From assembly GCA_043780715.1 (NCBI GenBank), contig JAYWCF010000069.1:1-39803 (forward strand): a stretch of DNA of 39,803 bases, written 5' to 3'. The notes below the pieces were generated by a model that saw nothing but the letters and a program-made list of their open reading frames with translations, was not told where the DNA came from and ran no database searches. A program made the position numbers and the translations under genes. This document shows positions 8,920-19,958 of the stretch, piece by piece; position 1 is the first letter of the stretch, and every line of letters starts with the position of its first letter. This DNA comes from Methylotenera sp. Its GTDB lineage: Bacteria > Pseudomonadota > Gammaproteobacteria > Burkholderiales > Methylophilaceae.

Positions 8920-10238
8920 AATTAACCCATATGATTCAATTTTTTAAACTTTTAACGTTAAGCCTGCTGTTGGCATCCAACACGTTAATGGCGGCAACCA
9001 GTAAAGATAGCGCTGTCAAGATGGATCGCATTATTGCGGTAGTCGATCAAAGTGTGATTACTGAGCAAGAATTAGCCGACAGAATTAACACCGTTACTGC
9101 CCAGCTAGAAAAACAAGGCTCAACGCTACCACCCGCCGATGTGCTACAAAAACAGATTTTAGAGCGCTTAATTGTGGATAGCCTGCAATTACAACTGGCT
9201 AACCAAACCGGCATTAAGGTAGATGACACGCAGCTGGATAAAACTATAGAGCGTATCGCCACCCAAAATAAATTAACGGTAGAAGAGTTTAAAAAAGCCT
9301 TAGAAGCAGACGGCTTGACCATGCGTAAATTTCGCGAAGATATCCGCAGTGAAATTACCATTGCGCGCTTACGCGAGCGCGATGTAGACAATAAAATTAC
9401 CGTTTCAGATGGCGAAATTGACAACTATTTAACCACTCAGGCTAATCGTGGTGAAGTGCAAGATGAGTTTGAAATTTCGCATATTCTTGTGCGCTCACCC
9501 GAAGATAGCTCGCCAGAAGACTTAGAAAAAGTGCGCAGCAAAACCGAAAAAGCATTAAAAGAACTGGCTAGCGGCAAAGACTTTGCGCAAGTATCAGCCA
9601 GCTTTTCAGATGCGCCAAACGCTTTAGAAGGCGGCAAATTAGGCTGGAAAAATAGTACGCAAATGCCTGCCTTATTTTTAGAGGCCGTTAAATCCATGCA
9701 AGTGGGTGAAGTATCACAACCCTTGCGCAGCCCAAACGGTTTTCACATTTTAAAACTCACTAATCGCCGCGGCGGCGCTTCAAGCTTGATGATAGACCAA
9801 ACGCATGCGCGCCATATTTTGATTAAATTAAGCGAAGTGGTGTCTGAAAAAGATGGCAAACAAAAGATGGATACCATTAAAGAACGTTTGGATAATGGTG
9901 TGAAGTTTGAAGAAATGGCACGCCAATATTCAGAAGATGGCAGCGCCAGCAATGGTGGCGATTTGGGTTGGGTAAACCCTGGCGACACAGTGCCAGCTTT
10001 TGAAAAAGCCATGAACGATTTAGGCCCGGGTGAAATTAGTGAACCAGTGCGCTCGCCATTCGGCTGGCATATTATTCAAGTATTAGAACGCCGCAAACAA
10101 GACATGAGTAAAGAAGCGGCACGATTAAAAGCGCGTCAAGAAATCCGCGCCCGCAAATCCGATGAAGCGTATCAAGATTGGGTGCGCGAATTGCGCGACC
10201 GCGCTTTTGTTGAGATGCGTTTAGAAGATAAGTTTTAA
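8916..10238 (+). CDS. surA: Periplasmic chaperone / peptidyl-prolyl isomerase SurA
   Basis: Signal peptide, DRIIAVVD, and two parvulin domains (SHILV...GGKLGW; HARHILIK...GGDLGW...FGWHII). Confidence 0.95.
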   Translation: MKLTHMIQFFKLLTLSLLLASNTLMAATSKDSAVKMDRIIAVVDQSVITEQELADRINTVTAQLEKQGSTLPPADVLQKQILERLIVDSLQLQLANQTGIKVDDTQLDKTIERIATQNKLTVEEFKKALEADGLTMRKFREDIRSEITIARLRERDVDNKITVSDGEIDNYLTTQANRGEVQDEFEISHILVRSPEDSSPEDLEKVRSKTEKALKELASGKDFAQVSASFSDAPNALEGGKLGWKNSTQMPALFLEAVKSMQVGEVSQPLRSPNGFHILKLTNRRGGASSLMIDQTHARHILIKLSEVVSEKDGKQKMDTIKERLDNGVKFEEMARQYSEDGSASNGGDLGWVNPGDTVPAFEKAMNDLGPGEISEPVRSPFGWHIIQVLERRKQDMSKEAARLKARQEIRARKSDEAYQDWVRELRDRAFVEMRLEDKF

Positions 10239-10278
10239 ATTCTATTGGAAATTAATTAGGCCTTTCGCAATGGTAATT

Positions 10279-10417
10279 GGCGTCTTTAAAAGTTCAAGTT
10301 ACTAAGTCAGGCAAGGCGTGAGCAAAAAATTTCGACGCCGCATATAGTGAATATGTAAGGAGTAATTTTTTGTGAGCAACGCCGCATGACGACGGAAATT
10401 GAATTTTTAGAGATGCC
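10279..10417. repeat. ~139 bp nested palindromic element (RPE/MITE-like) between surA and pdxA
   Basis: Terminal IR ggcgtctttaaaagttcaa (10279-10297) / ttgaatttttagagatgcc (10399-10417), 16/19 complementary. Inner IRs ggcgt/acgcc, caaaaaatt/aattttttg and catat/atatg. Confidence 0.75.
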
Positions 10418-11420
10418 CATTCCTAGAATTGCAATCACTTCAGGCGAACCAGCAGGCATTGGGCCTGATATTTGCGTGCTGTTATCGCAATTAGAAATTG
10501 CCGCCGATATCACCATAATTGGCGATGGTGAACTATTAAAAAATCGTGCGAATCAACTTAATATGGCGTTGGATATTGTGCCTTATGAAATGTCGCAAGA
10601 GATTCAGCCGCACATTAAAAACCAGCTTAAAGTGCTGCATATTCCAACTAACGCCCCTGTTACAGCCGGCACGCTAAACCCTGCCAATAGCAGCTATGTG
10701 TTAAATACACTCACTTGCGCGATAGATGGCGCGCTTAGTCATGCGTTCGATGCAGTTGTAACGGCGCCTGTGCACAAGGGCGTGATTAATGACGCCGGCA
10801 TTGCGTTTACTGGGCATACGGAATTTTTAGCCGAACACACCAATACGCCGCATGTGGTGATGATGTTAGTCGGTAGCGGATTAAGAGTCGCGCTGGCGAC
10901 CATCCATTTAGCGCTAAAAGATGTGCCAGCGGCCATTACGCAAGCAGGCTTAGAAAACACGATTCGTATTTTGCATCACGATTTAATCAGCAAATTTGGC
11001 CTTAAAAACCCACGCATTTTGGTGGCTGGCCTTAATCCACACGCCGGTGAAGATGGCTATTTAGGCCGTGAAGAAATTGAAGTAATTAACCCTGTTCTAA
11101 ACAAATTGCGCGCTGAAGGCATGCAATTAATTGGCGCGTTGCCAGCCGATACCTTATTTGCCAAACACCATTTAAGCCAAGCCGATGCCGTTCTGTCCAT
11201 GTATCACGACCAAGGTTTGCCAGTGCTAAAACACGCCAGCTTTGGTGAAGGCGTCAATGTCACGCTTGGCTTACCGATTATTCGCACCTCTGTTGACCAC
11301 GGCACGGCGCTAGATTTAGCGGGCACAGGTAAAATCGATATTGGCAGCATGCTAAGCGCCATCAACTTAGCCATTGAATTAGCCGGCCATCGCTTGAAAA
11401 AGGTAAGTCATACAGAATGA
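10413..11420 (+). CDS. pdxA: 4-hydroxythreonine-4-phosphate dehydrogenase PdxA (ORF open from 10386)
   Basis: Motifs IAITSGEPAGIGPD, TAPVHK, FTGHTE, GLNPHAGE, PADTLF, MYHDQGL, IRTSVDHGTA. Confidence 0.96.
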   Translation: MPIPRIAITSGEPAGIGPDICVLLSQLEIAADITIIGDGELLKNRANQLNMALDIVPYEMSQEIQPHIKNQLKVLHIPTNAPVTAGTLNPANSSYVLNTLTCAIDGALSHAFDAVVTAPVHKGVINDAGIAFTGHTEFLAEHTNTPHVVMMLVGSGLRVALATIHLALKDVPAAITQAGLENTIRILHHDLISKFGLKNPRILVAGLNPHAGEDGYLGREEIEVINPVLNKLRAEGMQLIGALPADTLFAKHHLSQADAVLSMYHDQGLPVLKHASFGEGVNVTLGLPIIRTSVDHGTALDLAGTGKIDIGSMLSAINLAIELAGHRLKKVSHTE

Positions 11421-12346
11421 AACACGTCGCAAAAAAAAGATTCGGCCAAAATTTCTTAACCGATCAAGGTGTGATTGGCAGCTTAATTGATGCGATTAAT
11501 CCAAAAGAAAACCAAGTGATTGTAGAAATTGGACCAGGCTTAGGCGCGCTTACCAAGCCGCTTTTGGCTAAAATTGAGCATTTGCATGTGGTGGAAATTG
11601 ACCGCGATATTGTGGCTTGGATGCAAACCGAATATGCAAAACCTGCCTATGCGAAAAATACCTTATCCATTCATAATGTGGATGCGCTGAAATTCGATTT
11701 TAGCTCACTTGTTGCAAATCACATTTCTGCAAAGCAAGAGATGAGCGCAAGGCAGCAAGGCGGCGGCAACGAGGCAGTACAAATAGTACGGCGAGGCGCC
11801 AACAACGAAGCTAACGAAGCGGGCGCTCTTGGTTTGCCGAAACTAAGGGTGACGGGTAACCTGCCCTACAATATTTCTACACCTATTTTGTTTCATCTGC
11901 TGGATAACGTTAGCCACATTACCGATATGCATTTTATGTTGCAAAAAGAAGTGGTCGAGCGCATGGTGGCGCAGCCTTCAACGCCTGCATATGGGCGGCT
12001 TTCGGTGATGTTGCAATATTATTTAGCGATGGAATATTTAATCACTGTTCCGCCAGAAGCCTTCGACCCAGCACCAAAAGTAGAATCTGCGTTTGTGCGT
12101 TGCGTGCCGCATGCTACCTTACCTTTTGTTGCCAAAGATACCGCCTTATTTTACAAACTAGTATTAGCCGCCTTTGGCCAGCGCCGCAAAACCCTGCGCA
12201 ACACGCTTAAAGGCTTGCTGGATGATGCTGGTTTTACCGCGCTGGGTATTAATCCACAATTGCGCGCCGAAAATCTAAGCGTTGCTGAGTTTGTTACCAT
12301 TAGCAACTATCTTGGCAGCAACAATGTTGGCAAATCGCTTGTTTGA
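11417..12346 (+). CDS. rsmA: 16S rRNA m6(2)A1518/A1519 dimethyltransferase RsmA/KsgA with ~40 aa insertion
   Basis: Motifs KKRFGQNFL, VEIGPGLGALT, VEIDRD, DAL, GNLPYNIST, MLQKEV, YGRLSV, PAPKVES, FGQRRKTLRN. Confidence 0.96.
   Translation: MKHVAKKRFGQNFLTDQGVIGSLIDAINPKENQVIVEIGPGLGALTKPLLAKIEHLHVVEIDRDIVAWMQTEYAKPAYAKNTLSIHNVDALKFDFSSLVANHISAKQEMSARQQGGGNEAVQIVRRGANNEANEAGALGLPKLRVTGNLPYNISTPILFHLLDNVSHITDMHFMLQKEVVERMVAQPSTPAYGRLSVMLQYYLAMEYLITVPPEAFDPAPKVESAFVRCVPHATLPFVAKDTALFYKLVLAAFGQRRKTLRNTLKGLLDDAGFTALGINPQLRAENLSVAEFVTISNYLGSNNVGKSLV
11724..11842. repeat. ~119 bp palindromic element (RPE-like) inserted in frame in rsmA
   Basis: Terminal IR tttctgcaaagcaagag (11724-11740) / ctcttggtttgccgaaa (11826-11842), 15/17 complementary. 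Central gtac-aaata-gtac hairpin (11777-11789). Confidence 0.75.
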
Positions 12347-12352
12347 TATAAT
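12344..12352 (+). promoter_or_regulatory. Putative extended -10 sigma70 promoter for adk
   Basis: TGaTATAAT is a perfect TGn-TATAAT. It overlaps the rsmA TGA stop, about 45 bp before the adk ATG. Confidence 0.55.
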
Positions 12353-12375
12353 TACACTTTTTCCAAATTCCTTAA

Positions 12376-13050
<675 letters not shown>

Positions 13051-13103
13051 GAAATTTAACGCTTATTTACATGCCAATTGTGCATAACTGCGATTAAACT
13101 GTT

Positions 13104-13135
13104 GGGTTACTGCATCCCACTTTATTCAGTAACCC
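13104..13135. repeat. Intergenic inverted repeat after adk (REP-like or terminator-like)
   Basis: gggttactg (13104-13112) / cagtaaccc (13127-13135): perfect 9 bp stem with a 14 nt loop. Confidence 0.45.
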
Positions 13136-13177
13136 TGCATTTTTAATGCTTTATTATTTTCTAGCAAGGATTTAAAT

Positions 13178-13663
13178 ATGAAAGCTCGCGCATTGATTTT
13201 ATTGGGCGTTTTGGCGCTATTTTTAGTATTTATGATACTGAATTGGTCTACCATTATGGCGCCAACCACGCTTAATTTGGCGGTTGCACAAGTTAACGCG
13301 CCGCTTGGTTTGGTGATGCTAGGCATATTAGGTGTGTTAACCGCGGTGTTTCTAACTTTTATCGTTTATTTGCAAACATCCGTACTATTTGAGGCGCGTC
13401 GTCATGCCAAAGAGTTGCAAACAAATCGTGAATTAGCCGATAAAGCCGAAGCATCCCGTTTTACAGAATTGCGCCAATTTATGGATGCCGAAATCCAAAA
13501 ACAAACTGCCATTCAAGCGGATTCTAAATCGTCATTATTGGCTAAGTTAGATACGCTAGGCGCCAATATTCACGCCGCTATTGACCAATCAGGCACTTCG
13601 CTTTCGGCCTACATTGGCGAGCTTGAAGATCGTTTAGAAACTAAATTTCCTAATCAAAACTAA
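13178..13663 (+). CDS. Two-TM inner membrane protein with C-terminal coiled coil, LapA/DUF1049-like
   Basis: Hydrophobic helix, then FMILNW...TTLNL...APLGLVMLG, a second TM helix, and a charged helical tail. Confidence 0.7.
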   Translation: MKARALILLGVLALFLVFMILNWSTIMAPTTLNLAVAQVNAPLGLVMLGILGVLTAVFLTFIVYLQTSVLFEARRHAKELQTNRELADKAEASRFTELRQFMDAEIQKQTAIQADSKSSLLAKLDTLGANIHAAIDQSGTSLSAYIGELEDRLETKFPNQN

Positions 13664-13673
13664 CAATTAATAT

Positions 13674-13708
13674 TAGCTTGCCCTATTCAATCTAGGGCAA
13701 GCTGTTTA
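13674..13708 (+). terminator. Probable intrinsic terminator
   Basis: agcttgcccta (13675-13685) / tagggcaagct (13693-13703): 11 bp perfect stem, 7 nt loop, 11 bp after the stop codon. The U-tract is weak (gttt). Confidence 0.6.
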
Positions 13709-13792
13709 AATCTTCAATCCCTTATGCAAATTCTCTGCATAATTGCATACCCTGCAACACAATAATTCAGCCGCACACAAGCATCGCAAGCA

Positions 13793-13821
13793 ATGCCAAA
13801 GGCACTGCCTTCAAGTATAAT
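13793..13821 (+). promoter_or_regulatory. Putative sigma70 promoter for the leuS-lptE-holA operon
   Basis: ATGCCA (4/6 match to TTGACA), 17 bp spacer, then TATAAT (13816-13821), about 45 bp before the leuS ATG. Confidence 0.5.
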
Positions 13822-13852
13822 TTCGATATTCCTATTAAAATTAACTAAATAA

Positions 13853-16318
<2,466 letters not shown>

Positions 16319-16321
16319 AAC

Positions 16322-16822
16322 TTGAATCTTTTAAATATTAACGCCAATTTTCGTGCGTTTTTTCTTTTTGGCCTGCTGGCGGCGGTAAGCAGTTGCGGTT
16401 TTCATTTGCGTGGCGCAGCCGATATGTCTTTTCAGAGCATCTTTATACAAGGAAGCACGCTGACCATATCAAAGAATTTGAATAAATCGCTAGCCACTAA
16501 CGGTATTACAGTTTTAAATTCTGCTGAAAATGCGGAAGTATTACTGGAATTAATGGGCGAAGAAAACGAAAAGCGCATTTTGTCTTTAAGCGGACGTGGC
16601 GTAGTGAATGAATTTGAGCTGTATTATCGTATTCATTACCGAGTTAAATCGGCCACTGCCGAGTTATGGAGCCCTGTGCAAACCATTGAAGCGCGCCGTG
16701 ATTTTACATACAGCAATGCAACTTTATTGGCCAAACAGGGTGAAGAAAAACGCTTAAACGAGAATATGCAGGCTGATGTGTTGAGCAATTTAATGCGTCG
16801 ATTATCAGCGCTTAAAAAGTAA
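16322..16822 (+). CDS. lptE: LPS-assembly lipoprotein LptE
   Basis: Lipobox VSSC followed by GFHLRG; LLAKQGEE motif. Lies between leuS and holA. Confidence 0.92.
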   Translation: MNLLNINANFRAFFLFGLLAAVSSCGFHLRGAADMSFQSIFIQGSTLTISKNLNKSLATNGITVLNSAENAEVLLELMGEENEKRILSLSGRGVVNEFELYYRIHYRVKSATAELWSPVQTIEARRDFTYSNATLLAKQGEEKRLNENMQADVLSNLMRRLSALKK

Positions 16823-16855
16823 CTTAATCCATTATCAAATATAAGTCAGCTAAAG

Positions 16856-17869
16856 TTGCAGTTAGATTCCAACCAACTTAAAACCCATTTAAGTAAAACA
16901 TTAGCGCCCTTATACGTGCTGGTGGGCGATGAGCCGCTAGCTCAGAGCGAATGCTTAGATAATATACGCCAAGCCGCGCGCAAAGCCGGCGCCGATGAGC
17001 GCAATAGTTTTATAGTTGAGCGCAATTTTAATTGGCAACAAATCCACCAATTTGCACAGGCGTTATCGCTGTTTTCTAGCTTACGCATTCTAGAAATAGT
17101 CATTCCCAATGGCAAACCAGGCGTTGATGGCGGCAAAGCCTTAATTGAGTTGTGCGCCAATTTAATCCCCGATACCACCACCATTATTATCTTGCCAGCA
17201 CTTGAGCGCGATGCCAAAAATAGTGCTTGGTTTGGCGCCTTGCAAAAAACAGCGGTGGTGATTGATTTAAAAGAAATTGCGCCCGCTCAACTGCCACAAT
17301 GGCTTGCCGCCCGACTGGCTCTTCAAAATCAATCGACTGATGCTATTTCACTTGCTTTTATTGCACATCAAGTTGAAGGCAATTTGTTGGCGGCGCATCA
17401 AGAAATTCAAAAATTAGCCTTGCTGCATCCTGCTGGCGAAATTAGCCATGAAGCGATTCGTGAAGCGGTTTTAAATGTATCGCGCTTTGATGCGTTTCAA
17501 TTGGGTGATGCCATATTGGCAGGTGACACCGCGCGTGTTACCGCTATTTTGCAGGGCTTGCAAGATGAAGGCGAAAATGCAGTGGCGGTGATGAATCCAT
17601 TAATGTGGGTGCTGCGGCCGTTGCTGCGCATTAAACAAGCCGAAGCGCGTAATGAAAATATCACTTCGGCCATGACTAATGCGCGTATTTATGGCGATAG
17701 GCAAGCATTGGTAAAGCGCGCGCTTAGCCGCTTAAATCTGCGCCAACTAGAAGCGGCGCTGCAAAAATTATGCGATATTGATAAAACCGCCAAAGGCATG
17801 ATGCAAGGCGATGCTTGGCTTGAGCTTTCAAGATTGTGTTTTGGTTTAGCCAAAGTGCGTGGGCGTTAA
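16856..17869 (+). CDS. holA: DNA polymerase III delta subunit
   Basis: Motifs LAPLYVLVGDEPL, LSLFS, GKPG, VEGNLLAAHQEIQKL, RFDAFQL. Conserved leuS-lptE-holA order. Confidence 0.95.
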   Translation: MQLDSNQLKTHLSKTLAPLYVLVGDEPLAQSECLDNIRQAARKAGADERNSFIVERNFNWQQIHQFAQALSLFSSLRILEIVIPNGKPGVDGGKALIELCANLIPDTTTIIILPALERDAKNSAWFGALQKTAVVIDLKEIAPAQLPQWLAARLALQNQSTDAISLAFIAHQVEGNLLAAHQEIQKLALLHPAGEISHEAIREAVLNVSRFDAFQLGDAILAGDTARVTAILQGLQDEGENAVAVMNPLMWVLRPLLRIKQAEARNENITSAMTNARIYGDRQALVKRALSRLNLRQLEAALQKLCDIDKTAKGMMQGDAWLELSRLCFGLAKVRGR

Positions 17870-17917
17870 TTCAATCAACTTTTAGCTGGCTAGTCTAGTG
17901 CTTAGCAAAACCGTATA

Positions 17918-19198
17918 ATGCTAAACATGGATACTAAAATCATGGACATTAAAAATTACATGCAAACGGTTGGTATTAACGCGCGCGCTGCATCACGCCA
18001 AATGGCAGCGGCGGAAACCAGCGTTAAAAACCAAGCACTTTTAAATATTGCCAGCGCTATTTTGCGCGAAAAACCCGCCTTAATTGCCGCTAATCAGCAA
18101 GATTTAGCCGCCGCGCGCGCAAACGGCCTAGATGACGCGATGTTAGATAGATTAACGCTCTCTGAAAAATCGATTCTGACCATGGCTGAAGGTTTGCAGC
18201 AAATTGCTAACTTGGCCGACCCAATTGGTGAAATGAGCAACTTTAAATATCGCCCAAGTGGCATTCAAATTGGCCAAATGCGCGTGCCTTTAGGTGTGAT
18301 TGGTATTATTTATGAAGCGCGTCCAAACGTAACAGTAGACGCGGCTGGGCTTTGCATTAAATCAGGCAATGCCTGCATTTTGCGTGGCGGTAGTGAGGCG
18401 ATTCATTGCAATCAAGCACTGGCAAAATTGGTACATGAAGGCTTACAAAAAGCCGGATTACCAACATCCGCCGTGCAAGTCATTGAAACCACTGACCGCG
18501 CCGCCGTAGGCGAATTAATCACCATGAAACAATATGTGGATGTGATTGTGCCACGTGGCGGCAAAGGCTTAATTGAACGCATTTCGAATGATGCACGTAT
18601 TCCTGTGATTAAGCATTTAGATGGTAATTGCCACGTGTATGTTGACGATGAGGCCGATTTCGCTAAGGCCTTGCCGATTTTAGAGAACAGCAAAACTCAG
18701 CGTTTAGGCACTTGCAACACCGCCGAATCATTGTTGATTGCGCGTTCAGTAGCTAAAGAAATGCTGCCAAAACTTGCTACTATGTTGACTGAAAAAGGCA
18801 TTGAGATTCGCGGCTGTGCCGAAACTTTGGCTTTAGTACCCAATGCAAAACCTGCAACGGATGAAGATTTTTATACCGAATACTTGGCTGCCATTATTTC
18901 TTGCAAAGTAGTCGATGGCTTGGACGAAGCGATTACACATATTAATCAACACTCAAGCCAGCATACTGAAGCAATTGTGACTGAAAATTATACAAAAGCC
19001 AGACGCTTTTTACGCGAAGTAGATTCTAGCAGCGTGATGGTTAATGCCAGCACACGCTTTGCCGATGGCTTTGAATATGGTTTGGGTGCCGAAATTGGCA
19101 TTAGCACAGACAAATTACATGCGCGCGGCCCTGTGGGTTTAGAAGGCTTAACATCGCTTAAATATATCGTGCTTGGCGATGGCCAAGTGCGTAGCTAA
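17918..19198 (+). CDS. proA: Gamma-glutamyl phosphate reductase; real start probably 17927 or 17942
   Basis: Motifs [77 protein letters not shown] at 17914-17919 overlaps the first ATG. Confidence 0.97.
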   Translation: MLNMDTKIMDIKNYMQTVGINARAASRQMAAAETSVKNQALLNIASAILREKPALIAANQQDLAAARANGLDDAMLDRLTLSEKSILTMAEGLQQIANLADPIGEMSNFKYRPSGIQIGQMRVPLGVIGIIYEARPNVTVDAAGLCIKSGNACILRGGSEAIHCNQALAKLVHEGLQKAGLPTSAVQVIETTDRAAVGELITMKQYVDVIVPRGGKGLIERISNDARIPVIKHLDGNCHVYVDDEADFAKALPILENSKTQRLGTCNTAESLLIARSVAKEMLPKLATMLTEKGIEIRGCAETLALVPNAKPATDEDFYTEYLAAIISCKVVDGLDEAITHINQHSSQHTEAIVTENYTKARRFLREVDSSSVMVNASTRFADGFEYGLGAEIGISTDKLHARGPVGLEGLTSLKYIVLGDGQVRS

Positions 19199-19207
19199 TT
19201 TTAACCT

Positions 19208-19846
19208 ATGCGCCATGTAGGCTTATTGGGCGGGACATTTAATCCCATCCACTTTGGCCATTTACGCATGGCGCAAGAGCTAGCAGATGCGGTGAATTTG
19301 GATGAAGTGCGTTTTATTACATCCGCCAATCCTCCTCATAAAACAGCACCAAATGTGTCTGCCGAGCACAGATGCCACATGGTGCAATTGGCTATTCAGA
19401 ATAATCCTCAATTTTTATTAGATACGCGCGAGCTAAATCGTACAGGCGCATCTTACACAATTGACACCTTAATATCGCTACGCAGTGAGCTTGGTGACGA
19501 TGTGGCATTAAGTTTAATGATGGGCAGCGATGCTTTTACCAAGTTAAATACCTGGCATCGCTGGCAAGAGTTACTTAATTTTTGCCATCTTATTTTAGTG
19601 CAAAGGCCAAGTAGCCTGATAAAGCAGCCTTTAGATCATGCACTTGAAACGCTTTTGCATGAACATTACACAGAAGATGCAGACGATTTATCAGCGCAAG
19701 CGGCTGGTTGCATTCATATGCAATACGTTACTTCGTTAGATATATCATCAACGGCAATAAGGGCCGCTTTTAAAAACAAACTAACACCGCGATATTTACT
19801 ACCTGAAAACGTGATTCACTATATTGAATTGCATCAGCTTTTTTAA
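19208..19846 (+). CDS. nadD: Nicotinate-nucleotide adenylyltransferase
   Basis: Motifs GGTFNPIHFGH, PPHK, SYTIDTL, MGSD, WHRWQEL, ISSTAIR. Confidence 0.96.
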   Translation: MRHVGLLGGTFNPIHFGHLRMAQELADAVNLDEVRFITSANPPHKTAPNVSAEHRCHMVQLAIQNNPQFLLDTRELNRTGASYTIDTLISLRSELGDDVALSLMMGSDAFTKLNTWHRWQELLNFCHLILVQRPSSLIKQPLDHALETLLHEHYTEDADDLSAQAAGCIHMQYVTSLDISSTAIRAAFKNKLTPRYLLPENVIHYIELHQLF

Positions 19847-19884
19847 TATTTCTTCAGCATCATTTATATTTAAAGTCTTCAGCA

Positions 19885-19920
19885 AAATAAAAAAGCCTCC
19901 AATTGGAGGCTTTTTTATTT
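19885..19920. terminator. Bidirectional intrinsic-terminator-like hairpin at the palindrome axis
   Basis: aaataaaaaa-gcctcc-aatt-ggaggc-ttttttattt: GC stem, self-complementary 4 nt loop, U-tract, about 40 bp after the nadD stop. The right half may only be the mirror image of the left. Confidence 0.7.
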
Positions 19921-19958
19921 TGCTGAAGACTTTAAATATAAATGATGCTGAAGAAATA

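Noticed and set aside
10307-10516. 69 aa minus-strand ORF over the palindromic element as a possible mobiliser or toxin
   Set aside because: It is mostly antisense to pdxA, too short for a transposase, and has no motif.
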